Position numbers and translations under genes: made by a program
Part shown: positions 1 to 8,462 of the stretch, one piece after another
Numbering within the stretch: the first letter of the stretch is position 1
Layout: each line of letters starts with the position of its first letter
Origin: Patescibacteria group bacterium
Lineage (GTDB): Bacteria > Patescibacteriota > Minisyncoccia > Phycocordibacterales > Phycocordibacteraceae
Assembly (NCBI GenBank): GCA_019752595.1
Contig: JAIELV010000001.1
Location: 120,486 to 184,485, forward strand
Length of the DNA: 64,000 nt
Direction: 5' to 3'
Notes under the pieces: generated by a model
Databases searched by the model: none
Seen by the model: only the letters and a program-made list of their open reading frames with translations
What the model was told of the DNA's origin: nothing

Positions 1-1
1 T

Positions 2-328
2 AACAAAGGAAGTCCAACAAAAAGTTTTCGTGCACTCGGATCCTCTGCGCGGACTTCAATCATAGAGCGACTGTCACGAGAAGGAACGCTTACCACTTCG
101 GATCTTTCTAAGACGCTCAGGATATCACTGCCGGCAACGCTCAAACATACAAAAATTTTGGAGCAGGCGGGGCTCATCCAAAGAGAGAAACGTAATCGTG
201 CACAGTATTGCTCTATACATCCCGAAAAGTTAGATCAGGCTCTTGAGTGGCTCTTGATCCAGAAAATATTTTGGGACGTCAGTCTTTCACGTTTGGAGAA
301 ACATATTACTTATAAGAAACATATATGA
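2..328 (+). CDS. ArsR/SmtB family transcriptional regulator (5' truncated by window)
   Basis: Hand translation of frame 2: ...FRALGSSARTSIIERLSREGTLTTSDLSKTLRISLPATLKHTKILEQAGLIQREK...; stop overlaps the ATG of the SRPBCC gene, a typical pairing. Confidence 0.85.
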   Translation, partial: NKGSPTKSFRALGSSARTSIIERLSREGTLTTSDLSKTLRISLPATLKHTKILEQAGLIQREKRNRAQYCSIHPEKLDQALEWLLIQKIFWDVSLSRLEKHITYKKHI

Positions 329-768
329 CCGATACTGCTACGGTTATTATAAAAAAAACGTTTGCATGCTCACCTCAAGTATTGTGGGAGGCATGGACTG
401 ATCGAGCCCAGATGGTCCAGTGGTATGGCCCGGAGAATCACACAACTGAGATACATGAGATGGATTTTCGAGAGGGAGGCAATTATCGTTTGACGATGCA
501 TTCAGATCGGGGACAGCAGTATCGTCTGCGCGGTACGTTCATTACTATTGACCAACCAAAAAAACTGGTAATGACTTGGCAGTGGGAAGAATGGTTAAAT
601 ACCGGCATACCTGGACCCGAGACAGTCGTCACCGTAGATATCAGAAGTGCAAGTGGTGGTTCAGAGATGACTTTAACTCACGTACTGCCCGATGCAGAAT
701 CTCAAACATTGCATGATCAAGGATGGAACTCAAGTTTCAAAAAGCTTGAGAAATTTTTTGGTCAGTGA
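325..768 (+). CDS. SRPBCC (AHSA1/START-like) domain protein
   Basis: WEAWTD..QWYGP, DFREGGNY, KLVMTWQW, HDQGW motifs. Confidence 0.9.
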   Translation: MTDTATVIIKKTFACSPQVLWEAWTDRAQMVQWYGPENHTTEIHEMDFREGGNYRLTMHSDRGQQYRLRGTFITIDQPKKLVMTWQWEEWLNTGIPGPETVVTVDIRSASGGSEMTLTHVLPDAESQTLHDQGWNSSFKKLEKFFGQ

Positions 769-803
769 ACCATTATTACTATTACTAATTAAAAATAAAA
801 GTT

Positions 804-1142
804 ATGAAAAAATATATTGTTTTGTATCATGCGCCGGTAGGTGCTATGGAAAAAATGGCGAACGCTACCCCAGAAGATGCTCAAAAGGGAATGGAGCCCT
901 GGATGCAGTGGGCCAAGAAGTGTGGAAGTGCCCTTACTGACATGGGTCTGCCTCTTGGTGCGGCAATGTCCGTCACTAAGGGCGCAGTAGCTACGGCAAA
1001 GACCACTGTTGTTGGATACTCAATGTTGCAGGCCGAAGATATGGAAGCAGCAACTGCTCTGCTGAAAGGGCACCCGCATGTTGAGTGGATGGACAGTTGT
1101 AGTGTCGAAGTACACGAAGCAATGCCACTTCCGGGCATGTAA
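804..1142 (+). CDS. YCII-related protein
   Basis: MKKYIVLY...W..W...G.PL...GYSMLQAEDMEAA..LL.GHPH..VEVHE pattern. Confidence 0.8.
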   Translation: MKKYIVLYHAPVGAMEKMANATPEDAQKGMEPWMQWAKKCGSALTDMGLPLGAAMSVTKGAVATAKTTVVGYSMLQAEDMEAATALLKGHPHVEWMDSCSVEVHEAMPLPGM

Positions 1143-1155
1143 CAGCCAGTTTCAA

Positions 1156-1194
1156 GAAACCAAAAAGCCCCCATACGGGGGCTTTTTGGTTTTC
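1156..1194. terminator. Bidirectional intrinsic terminator
   Basis: GAAACCAAAAAGCCCCC-ATAC-GGGGGCTTTTTGGTTTT hairpin between convergent genes. Confidence 0.85.
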
Positions 1195-1212
1195 AAAAAA
1201 TGGAGAATGTAA

Positions 1213-1383
1213 CTATTTTCTTTTGTGGTAGTGATACTGACCTTGTTTGAGTCCCCACTTCGCACAGTTTGTCCTGCAGGTATGCCCGCCTTTTTTGTCA
1301 GTATTTCCTGGGTGTGCAAATACTGCCTGTGGCGCAAGCGCAAAAAGTGAAACTATAATCGCAAGTGCAAGTATTTTCTTCAT
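1213..1383 (-). CDS. YHYH-domain small secreted protein
   Basis: Signal peptide, then HPGNTDKKGGHTCRTNC...YHYH. Confidence 0.8.
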   Translation of the reverse strand: MKKILALAIIVSLFALAPQAVFAHPGNTDKKGGHTCRTNCAKWGLKQGQYHYHKRK

Positions 1384-1474
1384 GTAGTGCCAGTGTACGC
1401 ATGCGATCACCGAAGCGCAATAGAGGGAAGATCCGCTATCTATTTACGCATTTCTGCTTTATTCTGCAGTGATT

Positions 1475-2950
1475 ATGCCGAAAGCAGATGTGATTATCCG
1501 ATTCGAGGACGTCTCGTTTGAATTCAGTCATATTCACCCAATAGTGACGGGGGCAAGCTTTCCTATACGACGTGGGGCAAAAATAGCCCTGATGGGTCAG
1601 AACGGCGCAGGTAAAAGTACCTTATTCGGGCTTATAACGGGCACGCACACACCTGATTCGGGTAGGGTGATTATTGAGAAGGGGGCTACGATTGCAACCG
1701 CGCGCCAGGTGATACCACGCTCGGAAATGGATTTGACGGTGCGTGAATTTTTCCAACTCTGCTTTCCGAAAAAAGTCTATGACATCGACCCGCGTATCGA
1801 CAAAGTGTTGGAGGTAGTGAACCTGCACGTACATTCTCATACACCAATTTATGACCGTCACATTAAGACATTCTCAGGCGGGCAGCAGGCTCGCTTGCTC
1901 TTGGCGTCCGCCTTGATTCAGAATCCTGACATCCTGCTTCTGGACGAGCCGACCAACAATTTGGATAAAGCGGGAATTGAACATCTCACTGAATTTTTGA
2001 TCGATTACAAGAAAACAGTCATTGTTATTTCACACGACGCGACATTTTTAAACGCGTTCACGCAGGGGGTTCTGTATCTTGATGTATTTACAAAAACCGT
2101 AGAGCAATACGTCGGTACGTACACGGACGTGCAGGCTGAAATTATTGTCCGCATTGAACGCGAGAACATAAAGAACGCGCGACTAGCAAAAGAGATTCAG
2201 GCGAAAAAAGACCAAGCGAATGTGTTCGCGCAGAAGGGAGGCCAGATGCGTGTAGTGGCAAAACGCATGCGCGAAAAGGCTGAAACTTTGGAAGAAGAAA
2301 AAGTGGACGTACGAAAAGAAGATAAAACTATTCGACCTTTCGTTATTCCTTCGCAGCCCGAGTTGGTGGGGGAGGTGCTGACGATAACCAGCTATTCAAC
2401 GCTAAATCCAAAAACACACAAAGTGGTGAATCATAAGGCTGACATAAAACTTAAAAGGAGGGACCACCTGCTGTTATCGGGGCCGAACGGTATCGGTAAA
2501 AGCACTTTGTTGGAGTCGATTGCAAACGGAACGGCAGAAGGCTCGGTTATTTCAAAAGGTGTTCGAGTAGGGTATTACCGACAGGATTTTTCCACCTTGA
2601 ATTTTAATGACACGGTCTATGACTCGCTTTTGGGTGTCATGGAAAAAAAGATTGAGGAAAATTTGCGCTCAACCGCCAGTGGCTTCCTGATAACAAGAGA
2701 AATGATAGGTTCGAAAATCGGTTCTTTGTCTGAAGGGCAGAAGGGGCTCGTAGCGTTTGCGCGCTTGGTTCTACAGAAACCTGGGCTTCTGATTCTGGAC
2801 GAGCCCACAAACCACATTAACTTCCGTCATTTGCCCGTCATTGCAAAGGCGCTTCACGAGTACGAAGGGGCAATGATTTTGGTGTCGCACGTGCCAGAGT
2901 TCGTCGAGCAAATCCGTATCGACGATACGTTGGCCTTAGATAAAAAATAG
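1475..2950 (+). CDS. ABC-F family ATP-binding protein
   Basis: Two ABC domains (GQNGAGKST / GPNGIGKST, SGGQ/SEGQ, LDEPTN) and no TM segments. Confidence 0.92.
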   Translation: MPKADVIIRFEDVSFEFSHIHPIVTGASFPIRRGAKIALMGQNGAGKSTLFGLITGTHTPDSGRVIIEKGATIATARQVIPRSEMDLTVREFFQLCFPKKVYDIDPRIDKVLEVVNLHVHSHTPIYDRHIKTFSGGQQARLLLASALIQNPDILLLDEPTNNLDKAGIEHLTEFLIDYKKTVIVISHDATFLNAFTQGVLYLDVFTKTVEQYVGTYTDVQAEIIVRIERENIKNARLAKEIQAKKDQANVFAQKGGQMRVVAKRMREKAETLEEEKVDVRKEDKTIRPFVIPSQPELVGEVLTITSYSTLNPKTHKVVNHKADIKLKRRDHLLLSGPNGIGKSTLLESIANGTAEGSVISKGVRVGYYRQDFSTLNFNDTVYDSLLGVMEKKIEENLRSTASGFLITREMIGSKIGSLSEGQKGLVAFARLVLQKPGLLILDEPTNHINFRHLPVIAKALHEYEGAMILVSHVPEFVEQIRIDDTLALDKK

Positions 2951-2973
2951 CCCTCAAAGGGCTATTTCAGTGA

Positions 2974-3099
2974 CTATTTTCTTCTCTTTTTACTCGCTTT
3001 TGCTGCAAGCATTGCCTTCTTTGCGGCAAGGCGTTTTGCGGTTTTGTGCGGTTTTTTGTACCACTTTAATGAGCTGACGCCGTGGCTGTTATTTCCCAT
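2974..3099 (-). CDS. Small basic protein, 41 aa (not in ORF track)
   Basis: Hand translation MGNNSHGVSSLKWYKKPHKTAKRLAAKKAMLAAKASKKRRK; ends at the shared hairpin near 2945-2967. Confidence 0.6.
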   Translation of the reverse strand: MGNNSHGVSSLKWYKKPHKTAKRLAAKKAMLAAKASKKRRK

Positions 3100-3133
3100 A
3101 GTTCTTTTTATTAGCGGGTATGCCCCCATGATA

Positions 3134-3241
3134 CTACCCGCGGAGCATTTAAGGAAAATACATCGCCCTCTTTAGGGCGTTTTGTATTTTCTTAAATGCG
3201 AACGCGGGCAAGCCTGTGCAAGTAACAGGCGCTCAAGCGGA
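3134..3241 (+). repeat. 108-bp inverted copy of the tRNA-Asn 3' end plus downstream hairpin (partner 5868-5975)
   Basis: Reverse complement of 5868-5975 with 2 mismatches by eye. Confidence 0.95.
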
Positions 3242-3330
3242 ACATGGACTCGTCGCGACCGCGGGAACCTGGTTCCGTAGGAATCCAGGTTACAAACTGA
3301 ATGCCTCTACGGACATGCCTCGTGTAGGTT

Positions 3331-3849
3331 TTATGTCCTTTGTGACGCTCGGGCAAGATATTCTGAAAGCGCGATACCAATGGCAGCAAGGACAAACAGC
3401 ACATGGATACCGACAACAAACATGATTTCGGTTGTCGGAAGGCTACCTTCCAAGTACGTCTTGAGTGCATGAACTCCTGAGATAGAAATTATTGCAAATC
3501 CAAGCTTGAGTTTCAGGTTGTAGGTATTCACATGGTCCAACCAATCGGGCTTCGAAATAGTCTTTCCTTCAAAGTGGTCATTCGTCACGAACAGTGAAAA
3601 TCCTGCGAGCGCCACGACCCACACGAGCTGAGCAACCATGGTTATGTCTACCAGTTCTAAAACTTTAATGATGAGATCTATCTTCGCAATCTCTTGGCCG
3701 AGCACGGAGGTGATGAGGTAGGGGATCTCCGAAAGGAACCTCCAAAGAATCGCCACCAGAATGACAACCAGTCCCATGTAGAAAAAGGACATCAGAAAGC
3801 GCATCTTAAAAAGCATCCCTCCAATGAATTCAAGTGCAGATTTTTCCAT
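3331..3849 (-). CDS. YqhA/UPF0114 family membrane protein
   Basis: VLELVDITMVAQL, PDWL, LKLKL..IISISGVHALK..L motifs. Confidence 0.85.
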   Translation of the reverse strand: MEKSALEFIGGMLFKMRFLMSFFYMGLVVILVAILWRFLSEIPYLITSVLGQEIAKIDLIIKVLELVDITMVAQLVWVVALAGFSLFVTNDHFEGKTISKPDWLDHVNTYNLKLKLGFAIISISGVHALKTYLEGSLPTTEIMFVVGIHVLFVLAAIGIALSEYLARASQRT

Positions 3850-3965
3850 AGTGTTATGCATGCTACAGGTAACCAAAAGAACTGGCAATCTTTAAGTTTC
3901 TAATTCGCCAAAGACGAATACCTAAGGGTTTCCTGCGCCCGCATTTTGCGCTATAGATAGATCAT

Positions 3966-4385
3966 ATGGCGAGTATTGAGGTATTTAAAGCGCTGGTAGG
4001 AGAGGCAGTAGAAGACATGAAGAAGCTGCCCCCGCCGCTTGTGCGTATCGCAGGCCCGCTGAGGACAGGTGGTGATGGGTACGAGACGAATTTGCAGCGT
4101 TTGAAGCAGGGGGAAGCACTTCTCCGAAGTCGCGGGCTTACTGTTTTTGGCTATACAGGAAAATACGCAGATGCTATCAAAGCAGCGTACGACTTACATT
4201 TCGAACATTTTCATATTCCTATTCTTAAGACGGGCCTCATTCAGTCAATCTTTTTTCTTCCCAAGTGGGAGGAGAGTAGGGGTGCTGCTTATGAACGGCA
4301 ACTGTGCACCGAGCTCGGGGTTTCGATAGGCGACATTAGTTATGAAGAACTTTCTGTATTTGAATCGGAATCTCGGGGTTCATAG
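3966..4385 (+). CDS. DUF4406-like / nucleoside deoxyribosyltransferase-fold protein
   Basis: IAGP...N...L..RG..VF; FFLPKWEESRGAAYER. Confidence 0.65.
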   Translation: MASIEVFKALVGEAVEDMKKLPPPLVRIAGPLRTGGDGYETNLQRLKQGEALLRSRGLTVFGYTGKYADAIKAAYDLHFEHFHIPILKTGLIQSIFFLPKWEESRGAAYERQLCTELGVSIGDISYEELSVFESESRGS

Positions 4386-4494
4386 GAAATTAAATCTTTC
4401 ATTTCCGTCTGCTGGAGGACTTTGTTTCTTTGAGAGCGAAGCGAACTAGGAAACAAGAACTGCTCGCGTGGTACGAAGTTAGGGCATCTTTTAT

Positions 4495-5265
4495 CTATCC
4501 TTTAGCTAGCATACGTGCTGTTGGGATTGCGTCCAGCACGTTGGGTCGAGTCTGGGCGGCTTTATAAAATGCCTTAGACTCTCTAGAATATCTATACAGC
4601 GCACCACGAGAGACTCGAGGCCAATGTTGGCGGTAGTAATTTATCATTTGCTCATCTGTCATTGAGGTCCAATTTTTTTTGACGCGAATGATTGCAGCGA
4701 GAACTTCTGGGCGCTTGTAGGCGACTTCATAAAATGTACAGGACTCATTTGAAAGAATTTGCAACTTACCGCGTGAGACTCCAGGCCAATGTCTATTGTA
4801 GTGCTCAATCATCTGCTGGTCAGTCATCGAAGTCCAGTCTGTTCGAGCGCGCTCGATAGCGTCGAAAACGCCTGGTCTCCGCGAAGCAGCTTGATAGAAA
4901 GCGTTTGCAGCCCTCGAAACTGAAGGGAGCTTCCCTCGAGATATACCGGACCATTCAGCGCGGTAGTATGCCAACATTTCTTCGTCGGTCATCGACTCCC
5001 AATCATTTAAGGCGCGAGGAATCACCTCAAGGACTCGCGGCCTCCTATATGCAGCTCTGTAGAAAGATTCCGCCTCCCGTGAAAGTTTTTGAAGGCGGCC
5101 TCTCGTGACTCCTGGCCAATGTTTATTGTAGTAAGCAATCATCTTTCTGTCGTTCAACAAATACCATCTTGCGCGTTCATGCGCGATTTGCTCACTAATT
5201 TTAAGTGCAGGATTGGTCGCTTGTTGGTCGCTCTCTACATGTAAAAGCTCTTTACGAGTCATCAT
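4495..5265 (-). CDS. Hypothetical protein with four ~55-aa tandem repeats
   Basis: W.SMTD..MI.YY..HWPGVSRG.L...S.E...FY..A..RP.V..AI repeated four times. Confidence 0.8.
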   Translation of the reverse strand: MMTRKELLHVESDQQATNPALKISEQIAHERARWYLLNDRKMIAYYNKHWPGVTRGRLQKLSREAESFYRAAYRRPRVLEVIPRALNDWESMTDEEMLAYYRAEWSGISRGKLPSVSRAANAFYQAASRRPGVFDAIERARTDWTSMTDQQMIEHYNRHWPGVSRGKLQILSNESCTFYEVAYKRPEVLAAIIRVKKNWTSMTDEQMINYYRQHWPRVSRGALYRYSRESKAFYKAAQTRPNVLDAIPTARMLAKG

Positions 5266-5344
5266 CTCAAACTAACAGGAATCGCGTGCATAGTCATCTT
5301 GAATGCCTTTAGAGTGCACGCGTTTGTTCTCTGGGTATTATCGT

Positions 5345-5415
5345 CCCGCGAGCGCAGGTTATAAAAATAATAGCGTCACAAGGACGCTTTATTTTCTGTA
5401 ACTGCTCCGCGGGTA
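5345..5415 (-). repeat. Diverged tRNA-Asn 3'-end hairpin site
   Basis: Minus strand TACCCGCGGAGCA + long stem-loop + TGCGCTCGCGGG. Confidence 0.8.
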
Positions 5416-5452
5416 ACTAGGGTTTTCGGCGCTCGCGGTGAAGAAAATTTAC

Positions 5453-5821
5453 TCAATCACCTCTAGTCTGGAGGTCAGATAGCGAGTATGGAATTGGTTT
5501 ACTTTCACCAGGAATCACAACGTAGCGAATGTTGCTATTGTTTCCTACGGACTCTACGACTCCTTTTTGGTTAAAAAATACACTCGCGCGCTTTTGTATC
5601 AGCACTTCAGTTCCAGGTGAGAATGGGACATCATCCTTCTTTTTGTATTTTCTGTCTCTTGGTTTCCAAATACCGTTTTCGTAGTTATTCAATGTTACTG
5701 CCAGGCTCCTCGTAGATCTATTTAGTTTTTTCGCAATATCCGATATCTGTGCCCCCTGCACTTTTTCTAGTAGGGCGCCCTGTATTTCAGATTCTGTGTA
5801 AAATCGTTTTTCCCGCGGCAT
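5453..5821 (-). CDS. HTH plus KOW/SH3-like hypothetical protein
   Basis: GAQISDIAKKLNRSTRSL helix-turn-helix; FSPGTEVLI...FNQKGVV. Confidence 0.6.
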   Translation of the reverse strand: MPREKRFYTESEIQGALLEKVQGAQISDIAKKLNRSTRSLAVTLNNYENGIWKPRDRKYKKKDDVPFSPGTEVLIQKRASVFFNQKGVVESVGNNSNIRYVVIPGESKPIPYSLSDLQTRGD

Positions 5822-5963
5822 CCACAGCACTTTACATTCTTGAATAATATCGTGCAAATGACTTTACTCCGCTTGAGCGCCTGTTGCTTGCACAGGCTTT
5901 CCCGCGTTCGCATTTAAGAAAATACAAAACGCCCTAAAGAGGGCGATGTATTTTCCTTAAATG

Positions 5964-6227
5964 CTCCGCGGGTAGGACTCGAACCTACAACCAACTCCTT
6001 ACACTGATTCCCAGAGTTTCCTAAGGGCGTGGACTATATCACGACCGGTTCTCGGTCTTTCGGTATCTAGTCTCTACGGCGCTCGGAACGTAAAAACGTT
6101 CCGTTCCCTCGGTGTTAGCGTAGCCGAAGCGTTAGCGTTCACCGATATCCCGAAATTTTCGATACGGATTCCTCCGTAAAGCTGCCTATGCTGACAGGGA
6201 GCTGCTCTACCATTGAGCTACCGCGGA
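5964..6227 (-). tRNA. tRNA-Asn(GTT) interrupted by a group I intron
   Basis: Exon 1 6227-6194 TCCGCGGTAGCTCAATGGTAGAGCAGCTCCCTGT; exon 2 6001-5964 TAAGGAGTTGGTTGTAGGTTCGAGTCCTACCCGCGGAG; spliced anticodon loop CUGUUAA. Confidence 0.93.
6002..6193 (-). ncRNA. Group I intron (192 nt, no ORF) within the anticodon
   Basis: 5' exon ends in U and intron ends in G; P1 CUGU|C pairs with GGCAG with a U.G wobble; R/S-like GAGACTAGA and GATATAGTCC. Confidence 0.9.
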
Positions 6228-6361
6228 ATGAAAGAACTTTTTATTCTGCGGTGCTCAAAAATTGAGCTACCACAACGAGCGAGGAGCAACGCGAACGTGT
6301 ACGTTCATGGTGTCCGAGCGACGTTGGGGGAAGGCTGGCGCAAAGCCAGACTTACCGCGGA
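6228..6361 (-). repeat. tRNA 5'-leader element (tRNA 5' duplication plus conserved 40-nt motif)
   Basis: Starts TCCGCGGTA; motif at 6319-6280 is shared with 36397-36436. Confidence 0.8.
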
Positions 6362-6469
6362 ACAGGGGTAATAGTACTTAAAAACGAGCCTTTTGCCAAC
6401 AGAGGTTCTTAATAAAGAATCAAAAAACCGTCTCTCTGAAAACACCTCGAACGTTGCTATAGTTTCTAC

Positions 6470-6880
6470 ATGGGAGAGAATCTGAAACCAAAAGTAGAAG
6501 CGGTTGTGAAGCCTGAAAAGGGAGGGCTTTTAGAAATTACAGACCAATTAACCGATGCGCGTATCGCGCATGCGGAGTTGATGCGCAGAAGTCAGCACGG
6601 GCAGAATGAGCTCGTTATACATAAATTTGAGGTAGCACCTGAGTATGAAAATATGGGTTTCGGAAAAATGCTGATGGACAGCATTAAGGAAATCCTTCGA
6701 AACGAAAAACGCGTGGGCATGCTGAGTGTGCATGCTTCAAATCGAAACGCGCAGGGCTTCTATGAAAGCCAAGGATGGGAATTTGAGGATGCGGAAGAAA
6801 ATGAAATGCCAAACCGCGGGCAAAGCGCGAACAACCTGCAACGCTGGATGATATACGAAACTCCAGACGAAGAAGACTAG
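6470..6880 (+). CDS. GNAT family N-acetyltransferase
   Basis: VAPEYENMGFGKMLM; NRNAQGFYESQGW. Confidence 0.88.
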   Translation: MGENLKPKVEAVVKPEKGGLLEITDQLTDARIAHAELMRRSQHGQNELVIHKFEVAPEYENMGFGKMLMDSIKEILRNEKRVGMLSVHASNRNAQGFYESQGWEFEDAEENEMPNRGQSANNLQRWMIYETPDEED

Positions 6881-7212
6881 GGTTTTTTGGCAGTAGGTCG
6901 GTGTCCAGATTCTATAGCACGCGCCATGCTGTGCATTCTCCAACTCCACGCACCAGTTCTAAATGCTGCCCACCCGAGCCCTACCGCCTTAATTCCTTCT
7001 ACAACACTGAATCCACCCGACTCTGAAATTAATCCCGCTTCATTTGCTTGTGCGACAAGATTCATAGTTTTGAATGCGGCCTCACCACTCAAATAGGCAA
7101 GTGTCCCGCTGACTGCGCCACCAGTCACTGCAGCAGCGTTTCGTCCAGCAATTTCTATCTGTTCAGTGATTTTTAATTTCGACTTTACCTTTATATTTTC
7201 ATGTCCACCCAT
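6877..7212 (-). CDS. Hypothetical protein, possibly membrane-associated
   Basis: ORF with Gly/Ala-rich hydrophobic segments. Confidence 0.55.
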   Translation of the reverse strand: MGGHENIKVKSKLKITEQIEIAGRNAAAVTGGAVSGTLAYLSGEAAFKTMNLVAQANEAGLISESGGFSVVEGIKAVGLGWAAFRTGAWSWRMHSMARAIESGHRPTAKKP

Positions 7213-7282
7213 ACATTCACTGTGCTCCTTCTATTAGTATTGTCAACGCCCGTTCGGCACGCGCGGTGGTAAAATAGAGGAT

Positions 7283-7465
7283 ATGAATGAAAAAATGAAA
7301 AGTAGCCCTTCTTCAGACGCGGTCTATGGCCTCGGACTTATCGGGGCGGCCGTATATTACATTTCAATTGCTCCTGATTTCTGGGCGGGCGCGCTCGGAG
7401 TTTTGAAGGCACTTGTGTGGCCCGCATTTTTAGTATTTGAACTATTGAAACTCGTAGGAGCGTAA
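7283..7465 (+). CDS. Small conserved membrane protein
   Basis: AVYGLGLIGAAVYYI...FW.G.LGVLKALVWPAFLV. Confidence 0.75.
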   Translation: MNEKMKSSPSSDAVYGLGLIGAAVYYISIAPDFWAGALGVLKALVWPAFLVFELLKLVGA

Positions 7466-7523
7466 ATCATATTTAGGACCCTACTTCTTTTGCTCCGCTA
7501 CACATTAGCGATATAGTAGTCGC

Positions 7524-8408
7524 ATGTATCAAGTGCTGCTTTTTTATAAATATATAGACGTGGATGACCCTCAGGCTTTGGCTGAGCGCGTGCGGGCTCT
7601 TTCCACGGAGCTCTCGCTTACGGGGAGGGTGATTGTCGCGCACGAAGGTATTAATGGCACGCTCGAAGGCACGCTCGAGAATACAGAAGATTTTGTAAAA
7701 CAATTTTTCCTTGACGAGCGCTTTTCTGATGTACAGGTGAAGCGAAGTGCTGGAGAAGGTAAGAGCTTTCCAAGTCTTAAAGTAAAAGTACGCAAAGAAA
7801 TCGTCGGCACAGGCTTTACTGAAGCGGAAGCAAATCCGCGAGTGAAAACAGCACCCAAAATTAGCCCCGAGGAATTGCGTTCGTGGTACAAGCAAGGAAA
7901 AGAGTTTGTGGTTGTGGATATGCGCAACGATTACGAATTTGCTTCTGGACGTTTCAAAAATTCGGTAGAACCAGGTATTGCTGCTTCGCGTTATTTACCG
8001 CTTGCTCTCGAGAAGCTTGCGCCACTCAAAGACAAAAAAATTCTGACGGTGTGCACTGGTGGTATTCGATGCGAAAAGATGGCCCCGTACCTTATGCATA
8101 ACGGGTTTTCTGATGTGCAACAACTTGATGGAGGAATTCATTCGTACATGGAGAAATATCCAGGAGAAGATTTTGAAGGAACCCTCTTCACGTTTGATAG
8201 GCGCAAAACCATGCATTTTGGAGGAAACAGAAAAATTGTAGGCGTGTGCTATTTGTGTAGCGCTCGTTCCGAATCATATGCGGATTGTGCTCAGCCTTCC
8301 TGCCATAAGTTATTTATCGCATGCGATGCATGCAGAAGTGCAGATGGAAGCGTGTATTGCAGTGAATCGTGCAGAGTGACTCATGCAGCAGCTCAGGTGC
8401 AGGTTTAA
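7524..8408 (+). CDS. trhO: tRNA uridine(34) hydroxylase (UPF0176 rhodanese)
   Basis: VLLFYKY, EGINGT, DMRNDYE..G.F, CTGGIRCEK, Cys-rich C-terminus. Confidence 0.9.
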   Translation: MYQVLLFYKYIDVDDPQALAERVRALSTELSLTGRVIVAHEGINGTLEGTLENTEDFVKQFFLDERFSDVQVKRSAGEGKSFPSLKVKVRKEIVGTGFTEAEANPRVKTAPKISPEELRSWYKQGKEFVVVDMRNDYEFASGRFKNSVEPGIAASRYLPLALEKLAPLKDKKILTVCTGGIRCEKMAPYLMHNGFSDVQQLDGGIHSYMEKYPGEDFEGTLFTFDRRKTMHFGGNRKIVGVCYLCSARSESYADCAQPSCHKLFIACDACRSADGSVYCSESCRVTHAAAQVQV

Positions 8409-8462
8409 TTGCTTCTCTTCGTGCTTAAAAATGAGTTTTGAGGAATATATACTGTCTGAAGC

